Shown one piece after another: positions 1 through 13,450 of a DNA stretch of 64,000 nucleotides (the first letter of the stretch is position 1; each line of letters starts with the position of its first letter). Source of the stretch: the human T2T-CHM13v2.0 reference genome, Homo sapiens; NCBI RefSeq assembly GCF_009914755.1, contig NC_060925.1, one strand, 5' to 3'. The position numbers and the translations under genes are program-made. The notes beneath the pieces were generated by a model that saw nothing but the letters and a program-made list of their open reading frames with translations, had not been told where the DNA came from and ran no database searches.

Positions 1-1090
1 GAACACTGAGGTTAGAACCTGGGTCTCGGGTTAGAACCCGATTTAAACTCCAGTCCCACCGTCTATTGACTATATGTCTCTATGCAATTCATTTAATAAA
101 GTTAAGTATCAATTTCCTCATCTGAAAGTGGCTATAATAATAGTACTACGATATCATGATAAAATAAAAACTATAGAAATATATCTTTCGTCTTTATCTC
201 TGTTCCTGGCATAAAGCTCCTAAACCCTTGGAATTTCCTTAATGATAAGGGTAAGAGGAGGAACATCTTTTGCTATTCATAATAAGGTCCTTTCAACCAT
301 CCCGGAGTTTATGCTAATGAGATAAATGGGGTAGGGGAGTTAGTTGCCAGAGTAACCAAATTGGTGATTGAAACCTTGGAACCTTCAGCCCCACCCCAGA
401 CCTTCAGTGAGAAAAAAAGGGCTGGAGATTGCACTAATCATCAGTGGTCAATAATTTAATCGATTACGCCTATATAATGGAACCTCCGTAAAACCCCTAA
501 ATGACAGGGTTTAGAGAGCTTCCATGTTGGCAAACACATTCAGGTGCTGAGAAGATAGCACGTCTAGTGAGGTCATGGAAGCACCTCACATCTTCCCCCA
601 CCCCATACCCTTCCATATCTATCTCTTGACTATTTCTGAGTTGTACCCACAATAATAAACTGGTAAATGTAAGTAAAGGATTTCCCTGAGTTCTATAAGC
701 TGTTTTAGTAAATTATCAAACTTGAAGGAGAGGGTTGTGGGAAATCTTCCCACTCTCAAATTTACAGGCATTTGGTCAGAAGTATGAGTAGCCTGGACTT
801 GCCATTGGCGTCTGAAGGGGGAGCAGTATTATGGGAATCTGTGGGGTCTCATGCTAACTCCAGGTAGTTAGAGTCAGAACTGAATTGAATCACTGGACAC
901 CCAGTTGGTGTCCAGAGAGTTGGCCAATTGGTTGTTGGCGTGAAAAACCCCACACATTTGGTGTCAGGAGTGTTGTGAGTAGGAACAGATCATCATAGCA
1001 GCGGGAGTACCTATATCAAAGGACTGTCATAAAGATGAGATAAAATAATACAGTGCCTGACACTTAGCAAAGCTGACATGTTAACTATTT
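1..1090 (+). mobile_element. MIR SINE split by the MER21 LTR (pieces ~1-146 and ~1006-1090)
   Basis: MIR core-like 'tttcctcatctgaaagtggctataataatagtac' on the left resumes as 'ctatatcaaaggactgtcataaagatgagataaaataat...agtgcctgacac' on the right. Confidence 0.7.
147..1005 (+). mobile_element. MER21-family solo LTR (probably MER21C)
   Basis: Matches recalled MER21 consensus: 'ctcctaaacccttggaatttcct', 'aataaactggtaaatgtaagtaa..tttccctgagttct', 'ggacacccagttggtgtcc', 'aaaaaccccacacatttggt'. AGTAC flanks both sides (142-146, 1006-1010). Confidence 0.85.
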
Positions 1091-2589
1091 TTATTTTTTC
1101 TTATTTTCTTTTCTGAACCCTCCAGATCAGTCACCTTGCTTTGCCTAATAGCCCCTTTCCATACAGTGACAAAGTGACTTCTCATTAATTAGCATTGGAT
1201 GTGTGGTGGTCAACACAACAAATGTTGGGTGCAAAGAAGGAAGCAAGGAGAAACACTAAGCATATGGAAGAAAAAACGAAGGGGAAACAGAAAGATGAGG
1301 TAGAAAGCAGAAGGACAAAGTAAACAATGATTTGAGAAAAAAATATCGGTTATGATCTTCTGTGATAAACTAATCCCCATTCCTTCTCTCCATCTGCCTC
1401 AGGATAAGGAAATTAATATCATCTTGTAGATCATGAGAAAAATAAAGGTGAGAAAGCTCCTTGGTGACTTGTCGCTAACTGACGATCGACTGATCCCAAA
1501 TCTCTTCAATAACCCCATCTGTGATTTAGGTTCTAAGAGGTCAGGAAGGAACACAGATCATCTTCTATTAATGTGAAATGAGCCTGTAAGTGCACTGCAG
1601 GCAGCAAATCAAAACTACTCTCAGCAGCTACTCTAATTCATGAGGCTCTGTCTCTTAAAGGACCAGCTGTCCTTTCATAAAGACCATTTTTTTCTATGAA
1701 TAATACATATACTACTAGGGAAGAATATACATTCCCATTAAGCAACATCAATTCTCAACACACTGGATATAATCTCTTATACTGCTATAATTAAAAATTA
1801 AGGACAAAGTATTATGTTGAAGAAACTCCAAAGCTGATTTTTATGTACTCTCTTTTTTCCTCCAAAAGCATCATTCTTACCAGCTTTTTAATATAATTAT
1901 ATTCCAGAGAAAACAGGCTGGCAAAAACAAATACATCAATACATAATCTTTTTTAAAGTCCTCGCTTATATTTTATGATCTGTACAGGCGGTTAAAAAAT
2001 CAGGTCTGAAATTTTCTATAATGAACATATCCTAGCTCCTTTTTTTTTAATTTTAGAAAGGGAAAGCACATAAAATATCAGATCAGTTGTGATTTTGGAC
2101 ATAAGAGATAACCACAGGCATTCATTGACTGTGAGGGCTTCTGTTAACCTATTTCTTATCATAAGTGCCTGCATTATAGCTGGTGCTTGATGAATTTTTC
2201 TGAATGAATAAATATTAATATTAAAAATTAAAAACTAAGAAGATATTTGAGGTCTGGAAAATTCAGTACTTTGCCAATATAGTTGCCTAGCAGATATTCC
2301 CCTCCTGTGCTCCACTTTCTTTGCTAAAAAGAGAGAGCAAGCCCACAGAAACTGCCATTGAGAAGCTGGAGGATTCTTCCTATTGGTCTTAATCTACTTA
2401 GTAGGAGCATTCTCATCTTGTTTATCTAAGAAGGCCCATGAAAAAGCTCAATGACATCAGAGAAGTGTGAGCATCTATCTTTCTAAGCTATGGAGAAAAA
2501 TCATATATTTTATTAAAAGGAAAATTTGATTATATGCATTTTCATTGATGTATCAAAACCGCTAAAAATTCAAAGCAAAAGATTTTTAA

Positions 2590-2765
2590 AGCTGGATGGG
2601 CTCTTACACGTCAGGGAACCCAACCCCTCCTTTCAAAATTGTGAATGCTGAGGTGTTAAGAGTTAAGTGATTGTCCCAAGGATACAAAGCTAGTAAATGG
2701 CAGATAGGACTTATTCCTAGGCACCTAATTCCAATTCTAACACATGTTCCATCACACCACACTCT
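2590..2765 (-). mobile_element. MIR SINE
   Basis: 'gctgaggtgttaagagttaagtgattgtcccaaggatacaaagctagtaaatggcaga' is the reverse MIR core. Confidence 0.75.
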
Positions 2766-3449
2766 ACTATAAACCCCCTAGTGCTTTATGGGCAGATAAT
2801 AAAAAATTAGTTAATACAGATGATGACAATAATGAAATTTCACTGTACTGAAAACAGAAATGTGGTGAGTTATAATAGTTGGTATTTGGTGATGCTTATG
2901 TTAAGCTAGAATGTCTATTATTTTCCATCTCTCTCTGCATTTAAAAAAAGCCTATGTCCTTTGCCTTAAAAAAAAGCCTTAGGCAACTAAATATCATTCA
3001 TTAAAACATTTAAGACAAGTGACAGCTCCTAGTCATACATTTCCAGAACAGAACAAGCAGGTTAAAGATAGCTTAGAAACTGCATACACATAGAATTCTT
3101 CCACTGATACCCCAGTCCCCTGAAGCCAATTTTTTAAAGTGGGTTTTTACTGTACCATAAAAATGAACAAGCTGAGGATTTGACATCGAGAGAAAGGTTG
3201 GTGCCTCCATGGAAAATATTTTGCCTTCAGGAGTTTAGGATGAGACAAAATTACCACTGGGTAAGGGTAAACTAACTATTGTGATGGAACTCAGATATTG
3301 AAATTCCACTTGTGAGTGGCACAAAAATTACAGCGCAGGGAAGATGACTCCATTTCTAAGTATAAGTTGATTACTGATGCAAACTTGGTTTCAGGATCCT
3401 TTCACAATATTACCACTAACATAACCGTTCCTTTAAAAATGTGAAGACC

Positions 3450-3755
3450 GGCTGGGCATGGTGGCTCGTGCCTGTAATCTCAGCACTTTGGGAGGCCGAA
3501 GTGGGCAGATCACCTGAGGTCAGGAATTGTAGACCAGCCTGGCCAACATGGTAAAACTCCGTCTCTAATAAAAATACAAAAATTAGCCAGGCATAGTGGC
3601 GGATGCCTGTAATCCCCTCTACTGGGGAGGCTGAGGCAGCAGAATCGCTTGAACCTGAGAGACGGAGTTTGCAGTAGCTGAGATTGCACCATTGCACTCC
3701 AGCCTGGGTGACAAGAGTGAAACTCTCTCAAAAAAATAAAAAAAATTTAAAAAAG
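3450..3755 (+). mobile_element. AluS (Sx/Sz-like), full length
   Basis: Dimeric Alu with A-rich linker and tail; degenerate TSD aaaa(t/a)gtgaa(g/a)acc. Confidence 0.95.
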
Positions 3756-3765
3756 TGAAAACCTA

Positions 3766-4350
3766 GCTTTGGAGCACTGTTTGGCAGCAACTGTAAAACC
3801 TAAGTACTTGCACTCACAATAAGCCAAAATTCCACTCATTATTATACATCTAACTAAAATGCATTTATCTATAAGTCAAAAGACATGCATAAGAATGTTC
3901 ATAGCTGTCCTGTTCAAAATAGACCCAAACTGGAAACTACAAAAATGACCATCAACAGTAGGATGGATAAATACAGTGTGATTCACACAATGAAATGCTA
4001 TTTTTCAGTGACAATGAACAACCTACAGCTACTCTCAATAACATGAACAAAATTTCATGAAGTCCATACTGTTGAGTAAAAGAAACCATGCCCACAAAAA
4101 GTTTGCTTTGTAAGGTAGCTTTACATAAAATTTAAAAATAGTCAAATTAACCTATGGTGTTCAAGTTACTGGTTTTCCTGGGGGTGAGGTGGCAACTGGA
4201 AGGGGCACAGGGAGGACAGGGGTGGCTGGTGCTGTTTTCTTTCTTGAAAAGGATTCCAGGTACATAGGCTTGCTATCTTTGTTAAAATCCATTGACCTAT
4301 ATGCTTGTGATATGCTTTACATGAATGTATGTATATGTCATTTAAAAAAA
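3766..4350 (+). mobile_element. L1ME-type LINE 3' fragment
   Basis: 'aagaatgttcatagc...ccaaactggaaac...ccatcaacagtaggatggataaat' are old L1 3' region hallmarks. Confidence 0.8.
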
Positions 4351-4864
4351 TTGGAAGCCCTAAAAACTATTCTCTAAAAACATGATAGGGAGAGAGTGAC
4401 AAATTAGTAGATGTCCTATCAGTAAGGCCAAGAATAATTGCACCCATAGGCAGCCTTTCCTTCCCTGCCCTTGTCTTCCCTCATCATTGATTATGAAACT
4501 GGTTACAAGCCTGCAAATGAGAATCCCAAATGTATAAATGTCACATTCTCATGCAGGAGCCAAGGCACTCACTTCTTTGTGCCCCAAGGCAAGATTGGGT
4601 CTCAGTTTTCATACACTAAAAATGGATCTATTAGGATAATGAGTGAGTTCACACCTGTCATTTTCAAATTGATTGCTGGCAGTCTGCAGTATCTGAAATG
4701 GGTCCCACTAATTACAAAGAGAAATCAGACACATTCAGGAACATACATCATTTTGGGACATGGACTAATTAGGCATTTATCCTTTGTGCTCCATCTATAA
4801 GCTCTATTGAGAGTACACAGAGGTCTATCCTCAAGGTTAAATAAGGGGAGGGAGGAAGGGGAAT

Positions 4865-5080
4865 AAACTTTGTTAAGTATTATAAGTCAATACAGGGTTA
4901 AACATTTATATAACCTTCACAAAATCTTTTCAAGGTAGGTACTATTGGTCTATTTATACAGAGAAGGAAGCAAACTCTGAGAGAGGATAAAACCTATGCA
5001 GGTTATACTGCTAGTAAGGAAAGAAGAATTCAAATTCAGGACCATTTGACCCATCAGACTCTTTCCATTCCATCACACAC
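4865..5080 (-). mobile_element. MIR SINE
   Basis: 'aggtaggtactatt...tttatacagagaaggaagcaaactctgagagagg' reverse MIR core. Confidence 0.7.
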
Positions 5081-5559
5081 CTTCCTACTGAGGTCAATGA
5101 CCCTTTGCAGAAATGTCTGCATTCCCCATCAAGGTAACTTTAAACTTCACTCCAATTCTAGCCTAATATCTGGGAATATTCCAAATGCAGGGAAAAAAAA
5201 CACAACCACCATCTTTCCTAATAAAATAAAACAAAGTAAAATTAAAAAGGCTTAAACAGCTGGGATAATGAGGGTGTAAAATTATAATGGACATAATTGG
5301 GTCAGACTACTTTCTTAATTCAGACTAATACTCTTTTATAAATGATGGTATCCAATGGGTAGTCTATGAGAGACCTTCCAAAAATCAGGTCTCAAAAGGT
5401 TAGGTATCCACCTTCAATGTGTCTAATTTCTTTTAGACCCAAGAATAAATTATTCTTAACATCATAGAACTGGCCAACATCCAAAGAGGAAAATGCCAGT
5501 GGTGCCAACCCAAAAGACTTCAGAGAAACCACAAACCAGATATATTGCTTTGAGTTATC

Positions 5560-5770
5560 AGAACTCAGACTGGGAACAGGCTATTCTCTAACCATAATGG
5601 CTGCTACTAGAAACTGAAATACGCATTTGATCTTTTATGCCTCAGTTTTCCCATACTGCAAAAGGATGATAACAACACCTACCTGCAACTGTGTGTGTTA
5701 GAAAAACTAGCTAATGTCTATAGAAAGTTTTGATGGTAAGAAGCACTAAGGAAGTGCTAAGTACCATGTG
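5560..5770 (+). mobile_element. MIR SINE
   Basis: 'gcctcagttttcccatactgcaaaaggatgataacaacacctacct'. Confidence 0.7.
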
Positions 5771-7649
5771 AGCATTAGTGCAGAAAGCACTGAGTGATGC
5801 AAATTGGTGTTGGTCTTATACAGACCTCACATGTTCACAGCTCCCAGCAGAGAAGGTTGGAAAACAACTTCCTGACTCATAATGAGATGCTAAGGCAAAT
5901 AGATGATGTGAAGTTATATTTGGGGACTGAATAGATCTAGAAGCCAGAAAAAAACCTTACAGTGAAATTTGCCAGGCTAGAGGAGATCTACAGTCAGCCT
6001 TGCCCTTGCATACAAAATCACAGGATGAACATTTGTCCTCTGAACTCTCTCAGGCAGGATTAGCAGGATAGGGCACTGGGCGAATTGACTGAAGCCACAC
6101 TGGGGAGGCTGGTAAGGGGAGAGCACCCATGGAGACTCTTTGACCTAAAACTGGATTTTACATGGGAACAGGGGAGAGGATACACTGAGCTACAGAGAAG
6201 GAACAGCAGATACTCAATCATAATCATGCAAATATAGCAAAACAATAGATAAATCAAACTTAATAGCTGGCACATGACTGGGTGACTCTCTTCTCTAAGG
6301 CTTCCATCTGGTGTCAAGCAGAAGTGAATAATAACAACCTCCTAGACCCTGAGTTAGGTTGTTTTACATGTTTATCATACAGTCCTCGAACCAGCCCCTG
6401 AAAAGTGGGTATTATCATTTTTAAAGAAATGAGGGTTAAAGTGACAAAGTAACTTGCCTAAGACAGTAACAGGCAATCACTAAAATATAGGTCTGGCTGA
6501 CACAAGAGCCCCTACTGATTAAACTGGGTCCTTTTGTCTCTTTCACAGTTATTTACAGTGTATACTAGCTCTGAGCAGATCCCTAGGCCAACTCAGTAAG
6601 AAATCCAAACCATGGTGCTGCTTGGGAGTTAAAGGGTATGGCCTGGCGTGCAGTAACGCATCCAACAAGCACTTGTGGGGCCTGCTATTGGCTAGGCTTG
6701 TGCTAGACATGACTGATGCAGAAAAACAGTACCCTCGCCCTGGCCTCTGCAATGCCCACCAACATCCTAACAAGCAGAGCATGGCAGCCATCCTGGGCAA
6801 GTTCTCCCCAGCACAGACTTCAGTCACAGCTGGCAAGACATGGAAGCAACCACAGAGGTTACAGCCCCCTTGAAAGCTTTCAAGGACCCCTCAGCAAACA
6901 GAGCATACTCTTTAGTCTGCATTTTGACAATTCTTTATTAGTCTCCTGAAGATTATGGCTAAGAAACTGCTGCATATTCCTTTACTTTTAATTATCATCC
7001 TATGATTGGGTTTGGCTTTTTAAAAAACCAAACTAGTAAAATTACTGCAAAAAGAAAAAAAAGTCCCTTAATAATTTATTCATAATGTTATTAAAACAAA
7101 GTCATGTTTTATTGGACCACATGTGTTTGTGCTGTGACGCAGGAGTCAATAAAGAGGAGATAGAGTAGTGTATAATATCCATTAATATTCCCCACATACG
7201 TTCACCAAACAGTGTCTCAGCATCAATAAATAATTTCAATAATTAAAAAGTGTGATTTTCGCAGTTTAACTATTTCCTGCTCAAAGACTGCCACAGATGC
7301 TTAGACCCAAGCTTTTCCTTCCCAGCAAAAGCAACTGCACTATGTGCAGAGAATAGTAGAGTGAAATGAATGCTAGTCCAAAAAAGGGACTTGTCTCAGC
7401 TCCGACACCAGCTGCCAGTGACCTTGGGGTCTAGACCGTTCCTCCTTCTTCTATCAGTAAGAGGAAAATATTTAGATGAGATGATACCCAGGTCTTCCCA
7501 CACTTTACAACTGTGAAATCACAGTCCTCTGGGCCTTACTGTTATCCTTTCTTGATCACCACTACCTTTCATGAAGTATCATTTTGAAATGAGTTCCTCT
7601 TTTCACAGACGGGCATTCCTCTACGACTACTTAGCCTGGCTCACAGAGT

Positions 7650-7890
7650 TAATAGACAGCGTGGAGACTCACTGCCTAGGGAGTCAAGTGGTGGTTCTCT
7701 CTCCAATTTGCCATTTGCCCTTGAACAGTGAGTCGCTTAGGAATTCTAGGCCCATCATTTCCTCACTGATGGGGGATTATATGACAACACTCAGCTACCA
7801 CGAAAAGAGTGAGAGAAGATTAAATAATATGCTTGTACGGGATTTAGCCAATACCTTATGTCACACTGGATACTTGGTAGTAATTACCTT
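7650..7890 (+). mobile_element. MIR SINE
   Basis: 'ccttgaacagtgagtcgcttag...tttcctcactgatgggggattatatgaca...gtgagagaagattaaataata'. Confidence 0.65.
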
Positions 7891-8486
7891 TTGAGTCTCA
7901 CAGAATTCACCTGAAATACCTTCCAGATTCAAGGGTAAATGATTCCTTAAAAGGCTTTAGTTTCTTTTCACTCCCCATGGAGAACTTTGCCCAAAAGTGA
8001 AAACCTTGGTATGACAATGAAATCATGGATTTCCCTCACCTTAACATCTTCTTTCTCTTCTTAGAAACACTAAAGAATCATGGCCCACTGTACTCTACAT
8101 TCTAAAATTATTTTTCCCATATTCCTCTCCAGATAGATGCTTATGAAGCTGAGAGCACAATTTGGAAATGTTCTGTGGCGATTTCAACACTATTAAGACC
8201 CCTCTTTCCCACCATAACTAACATGGTCATCCCACTGTAAATTACATTTTCACTAGGCTGGAAGAGACAATATGGCTTCATGGAAAAAAAAAAAACCTCA
8301 CATTTATGCAGAAAATAGAACTTGGTTAAATGATAATAATTATTGCTGCACTGATTGAGAAATTGGTATATTCTCGCTTTGTTCTCAGTGATTTCCACTT
8401 ATGAACACCTTTATTCTTCAAGACAACTCTAGGAGGTTGCTTCTATTTTCATGTCCATTTCACTGTAAAAAAGAACACACAGCACT

Positions 8487-8667
8487 AGCTGGGTGCGGTG
8501 GCATGTGCCTGTAGCCTCAGCTACTGAGGAGGCACAGGGTGGGAGAATCACTTGAGCCCTGGAGTTCAAGGCTGCAGTGAGCTATTACTGCACCACTGCA
8601 TTTCAGCCTGGGAGACAGAGCGAGACCCCATCTCTTAAAAACAAAAACGAAAACAAAAACAAAAACA
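8487..8667 (+). mobile_element. Free Alu monomer (FRAM/FAM-like) inserted in a minus-strand MIR
   Basis: Single monomer 'gctgggtgcggtggcatgtgcctgtag...ttgagccctggagttcaaggctgcagtgagct' with an (AAAAAC)n tail; MIR-like sequence on both flanks. Confidence 0.85.
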
Positions 8668-9721
8668 TGCAGTACAGAGAGGTTATGGGCTTCTTAAGGC
8701 CACGTTTCCAGGAACTGGTGCATACCAGATTTGAGTCAGCCAATCTCATTTAGAGGCAGCACTCTTCATCATTATGCTATTCTTCCCAGAAGGTGTGATG
8801 ATTTGAAAGAGTATGTGTAGAGAAATGGCCACATTGCAAGCACTCTGTAAATAGTATTTTTATTATTTAGGTTAAAATAGCTACTTTCTTAAATGTTGTT
8901 GCTTTTCCCAGTTGATGATGACACAAATGTATCCTTTATATTCCTCTCCTCTTCCTTCCCATATTTTTAACTCCACTGGCCTCATCGCTGTCTTAGCCTA
9001 TGAATGCAATGTCCCAGGGGCATCCATAATCATCCCAGATATTCTATTTTGTAACTTTTCCTAAGTCCTGGCTTTCAGAGTTCTGCTGCAGCTTACAGTC
9101 TGATATAAAGTTCAGGAATAAGTCATTCCCCACCTCTGCTATACTATTTCTACTCTTTGTAGAGGCTTAAGCCTCTGCTAAACTGGTCATTTATTTTGTA
9201 AGTGCTGCTTATAAATTTTGCTGAAAGTCCATTAAACAATAGGGCCAAAGATATGTTAACATACGCAAAAATTTGAGTCTATGATACCTCACCCTGCCAA
9301 AAGGAGGTTTACTCTAAGATTATAGACTTCTCATTTCCTGCAATTCACAGATCCAATCAACAAAGCATCATCAGCTTATTTGGCTCAGGTAAACCTCAAG
9401 CTGAATGGCGTTCAAATGATAGCAACAGTGAGGCAGATAGGACTTATAAGACACCATTCTCAGATAATCATAGTAATTTGCTGTCCTAATTCCCTCCCAA
9501 GTCCAGGAAAAAGAGCAGCAGGAAATCATATACAGAAGGCAGAAATGTTGAGGCTTGGAGAAGCACATGGTACACCTGAATCCTGGGAGCCAGTGGCAAA
9601 GCCAAGAAGTAATGAAATAGCAGATGGCAGGCCATGCAGCAGTGGGGTGGACCATCCCACTGCCTCACCTAGCTAATTTGGGGCAGCTGGCAGTTTATCT
9701 AAAGACCATTTTTAAGTGGTT

Positions 9722-9880
9722 CAGGGCCTTGCTCTTGAAATTCGGTCCATGGACCAGCTGCATGGGCGTCACATGGGAGCATGTTAGAAATGAAGAATCT
9801 CCCCAGACCTGCTGAACCAGAATCAGTCTTAGGAACTCATCATCCCTGAGTGTAGTATTGACAGGTGCTGGTAGAGGGTT
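9722..9880. mobile_element. MER5A-like hAT-Charlie MITE fragment
   Basis: 'ggtccatggaccagctgcatgggcgtcacatgggagcatgttagaaatgaagaatctccccagacctgctgaaccagaatc'. Confidence 0.75.
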
Positions 9881-10069
9881 CATAGCTCAGGTTAAGACTG
9901 GCAGGTTCAATCTAGCTATACAATAATACAATACACTCCATTCTTAAAACTTGAGCAAATAAACAAGTAATATAATAACATAAAACCCAAATTAGAAAAG
10001 AAAAAAAGCTGTGCTCAGGATAAATGTGGTGGCACCAAAGTGGACATGGCAAGAGATCTATGCATAAAC

Positions 10070-10493
10070 CTAGGAAGGATAGTCCATTTGCTACTCCAGG
10101 ATTGCCACCCACTTTTTTTCTCCTTGCTCTGTGCTGAGGGAGGATGACTGGTATGGAATTCTACATGGGTCTCTTGCCATTTGGCTTCTGACTGGGTTCC
10201 CAGGAGAGCAGAGGGATGAAGAATAGTGAGATTCCCTGTGGGCTGGCCTTGAGCTGGCTGTGTCTCTCAATGAGAGTTACAGCTCTCCCCCAGACAGCCC
10301 TCACCAGCTCCGGGTTCTAGTAACTGCCTCCTTCTTCACCTCTTAGACCTAAGTCTGGCCAGAGCACCTTGCTGTTATCAGCCTCTGTATACTGCACTAT
10401 TCCTTCCTGAACTTCTGTAATGATCCCTCAATAAACTCAATATATTCAATTGGAGTATATCATCTGTTTTCTTCTGGGACCCTGACGGATGAA
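10070..10493 (+). mobile_element. LTR33-like ERVL solo LTR
   Basis: 'ccttgctctgtgctgagggaggatgactggtatgga...cttgccatttggcttctgactgggtt' and the 3' end 'aataaactc...catctgttttcttctgggaccctgac'. Confidence 0.75.
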
Positions 10494-10706
10494 TGTAGAT
10501 GAAACTGTTCACTCAAAGGAAAAAAGGAGAATGGAAAGCAATAACCTATTGTTGGGAGGATACTTTTTTTTTAAGGGATGTTACAAAAGGGAAGAAGTTG
10601 CAATCAATTTAACCAACAGTTGATGCTCCACAATGCTATGAAAAATATATTCTGAACATGTATAAAAATATGCTCACCCTTCATCTGTTAAGAAATCCTA
10701 ATTATC

Positions 10707-11025
<319 letters not shown>

Positions 11026-11054
11026 CTAATTCTCTGAAGGGGATGTGTGTATTT

Positions 11055-11310
11055 GACTACTCTAGGTACCTCATATAAGTGAAATCATACAGTACTTCTC
11101 CTTTGTGACTGGTTTTTTCCACTTAGCATGTCTTCAAGGTTTCTCCATAGTGTAACATGTGTCAGAAATTCCTCTTTGAGGCTGAATAATATTCCATTGT
11201 GTGTGTATACCCACTCCCTGCCCCAACACACATATCTTATTTTCTTTATCCATTCATCTGACAATGGGCAGGTGGGTTGCTTCCACCTTTTGGTTATTGT
11301 GGATAATTGG
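11055..11310 (-). mobile_element. L1MB-type fragment
   Basis: 'gactactctaggtacctcatataagtgaaatcatacagta...ggctgaataatattccattgtgtg'. Confidence 0.8.
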
Positions 11311-11700
11311 TGATGTCATTTATTGAGATAAGAAAAACTGAAAGAAGAAGTTTGAAAGGCAAAGGGAGAAATGAAGAATCCAGCTTGGGGCATGTTAAAT
11401 TTTAGTGACTGTGAGATAGATAAATATTCATATTCAGGACACAAATATACACATATAAGGCTCCCAAGCTCAGAAAAACATCTGGACTGAAGTTATATAG
11501 TTGTAGGCATTTAGGTGGCAATGGAAACCAAAAGAATGGATGAGATCATCTAGGAAGAAAAGGCAGAGAGCCTTGGGATGCATCCTGAAGAACTCTGATT
11601 TTGTAGCTAGGTAGAGAAGGATAAGCTGGAAAAGCACGCAAAAAAAGAAAAAGAAAAAGAAAGAAAGAAAATAATCAACAGAGTGCAGAGTTATCTGAGT
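11311..11700 (-). mobile_element. L2 fragment
   Basis: 'ggggcatgttaaatttt...ggatgagatcatctaggaagaaaaggcagagag' reverse L2 ORF2 region. Confidence 0.7.
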
Positions 11701-12054
11701 CCGAAGAACACTTAGAATAGATAAAGGGATAGAGAGATTTTCATATATACAAGGATGTCAGTCCTCATCAGTTTGGTAAAACTAAGACTGAGAATATATA
11801 TAATTTAAATGTATTAAATTATGAATACTGGATTTTTTGTTCATACGGTATACCAAAATTAAAAGAATCTGCTTGAAGCTTTGCAGGAAATATGTAGTAA
11901 ACCTAAGAAACCCATTTGTTCAAAGAATAGAAGACTATAAATACCTACTAAGAAAGTGTCTATAAAATCATTGATGTTACATTTGTGATAAATTGTTAGA
12001 AGATGTTTGAGATGCACCTGATGAAACTTCAAAAGTGTTTTAAGGGAGAGAAAT

Positions 12055-12105
12055 CACACTTACACACACACACACATACAGAGAGAGAGAGAGAGGGAGA
12101 GAGAC
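12055..12105. repeat. Compound (CA)n-(GA)n microsatellite
   Basis: Seen directly: acacacacacacacatacagagagagagagagagggagagag. Confidence 0.9.
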
Positions 12106-12199
12106 TCACCCACAATATCTCAAGAGACAGACATTCCATTGCCGTATTGGATATAGGGATGTTCTAGGATGGCATTTTAAAACTGTGGCCCTTAGCAGT

Positions 12200-12470
12200 A
12201 TATTATCTATAAAATTAAGTGTTAAACAAGAAACACAAGACTTAGGTTAGATTTCAGAATGAGCTCTTTGTGACTGGAAATTGTTAAAAACTGAAATGCT
12301 GATTGGAATCAAGAGACCATGGAATATCCTCCTTTCACATTGTTTAAAAGCAAAAATGGGTTCTCATCTGTCTGGAACTGTCCAAGTATGAGCATGCCTC
12401 AAGATAAAGAAGACAGACTTGAAGATCTCTCATGGGTCCTTCCTTTCATAATAGAGAATCACAATTCTCT
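12200..12470 (+). mobile_element. CR1/L3 LINE 3' end
   Basis: 'ttaggttagatttcagaatgagctctttgtgact...ttgttaaaaactgaaatg...ggaatatcctcct...catctgtctgga...gatctctcatgggtccttcc' resembles the CR1 RT C-terminus and 3' UTR. Confidence 0.7.
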
Positions 12471-13209
12471 CCACTGTTTTACTGCTTTGGGTGGAAGAGC
12501 TTTCATCTTTCCAATTTCCAATCTTCTAAAATAGATAGTTCAGCCAAGTTTCTCAGACTCACTGATTTTTCTATTCCTTGAAAAGTTCAGCTGAAGGCAT
12601 CTTTCATCTTTAATTATACTTCTGAATATTTTCCTCTTATGCTACTTAATATTATTCACTCCTTATTTGTCCCCCTTTCTCCATCCTTTCCCTACCTTAT
12701 TTATCTACCAATAAAACACATTAATATTTGATTCTTTCTCACGGAAGTGTGAAATTTTGAGAGCTCAAAGTTGGTGGGTAAACATAAACTATACATGATG
12801 TGTGAAAAAATATTAATTGGGATTTTACTAGGTCAGAATTTTATTGCTTTTGGCCAAAGGCCATCATAAGACATAAAGAGGAAAGATTACATGCAAAAAG
12901 ACCTTTAAAATAAGTTATAAAGATCAAACAAGGACTAAGTTAGAATGAGTTCCTAAGTGTAAAAATAAGTAACATTTCAAAGTTAATTTATTGAAACGAG
13001 TCATAAGACCAATACATCATTGTACCGTTTTGGCTGGAGTGTCTAACATAACATTAGCTCTGAATCTGAAGCGGCCAGTGAGTAAGAGTATCAAAAATAA
13101 TGCCTGTGTCCCTGACACACAAACCTGTCTTTTCCAGCGATGCTCTAGAATAAAGATTAGATTATCCCCAGAAATGGTTAGAATTATTTCTAGATACAAA
13201 GGGGGAGGA

Positions 13210-13450
13210 AATAAACATGCATGGAGTACCTACTATGTGCAAGGTACATGGGCCGTTTCAGCTGAATGTAACTTTTCACTCAATCTTCATTCACAATGAC
13301 CCAGGAGATAGGGATTTATCAGCTGCATTTTCTAGATAAGGTATAATCCCAAAGAGATTAGACAATGCCTCCAGGTCACACATTAGTAAATGGCAGAGCC
13401 ACAGTCGGGACTCAAGATTGTTTAAGCCCATACCCTGCGCTGTTACACCA
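13210..13450 (-). mobile_element. MIR SINE
   Basis: 'gagtacctactatgtgcaagg...ccaggtcacacattagtaaatggcagagcc'. Confidence 0.8.

Noticed and set aside
893-915. Inverted repeat CTGGACAC...GTGTCCAG
   Set aside because: Part of the MER21 consensus, not locus-specific
3416-3731. Alu-derived ORFs (also at 18108, 43588-43972, 46871, 50755, 58689, 60007, 61301)
   Set aside because: Typical Alu translation products ([14 protein letters not shown] motifs), not genes
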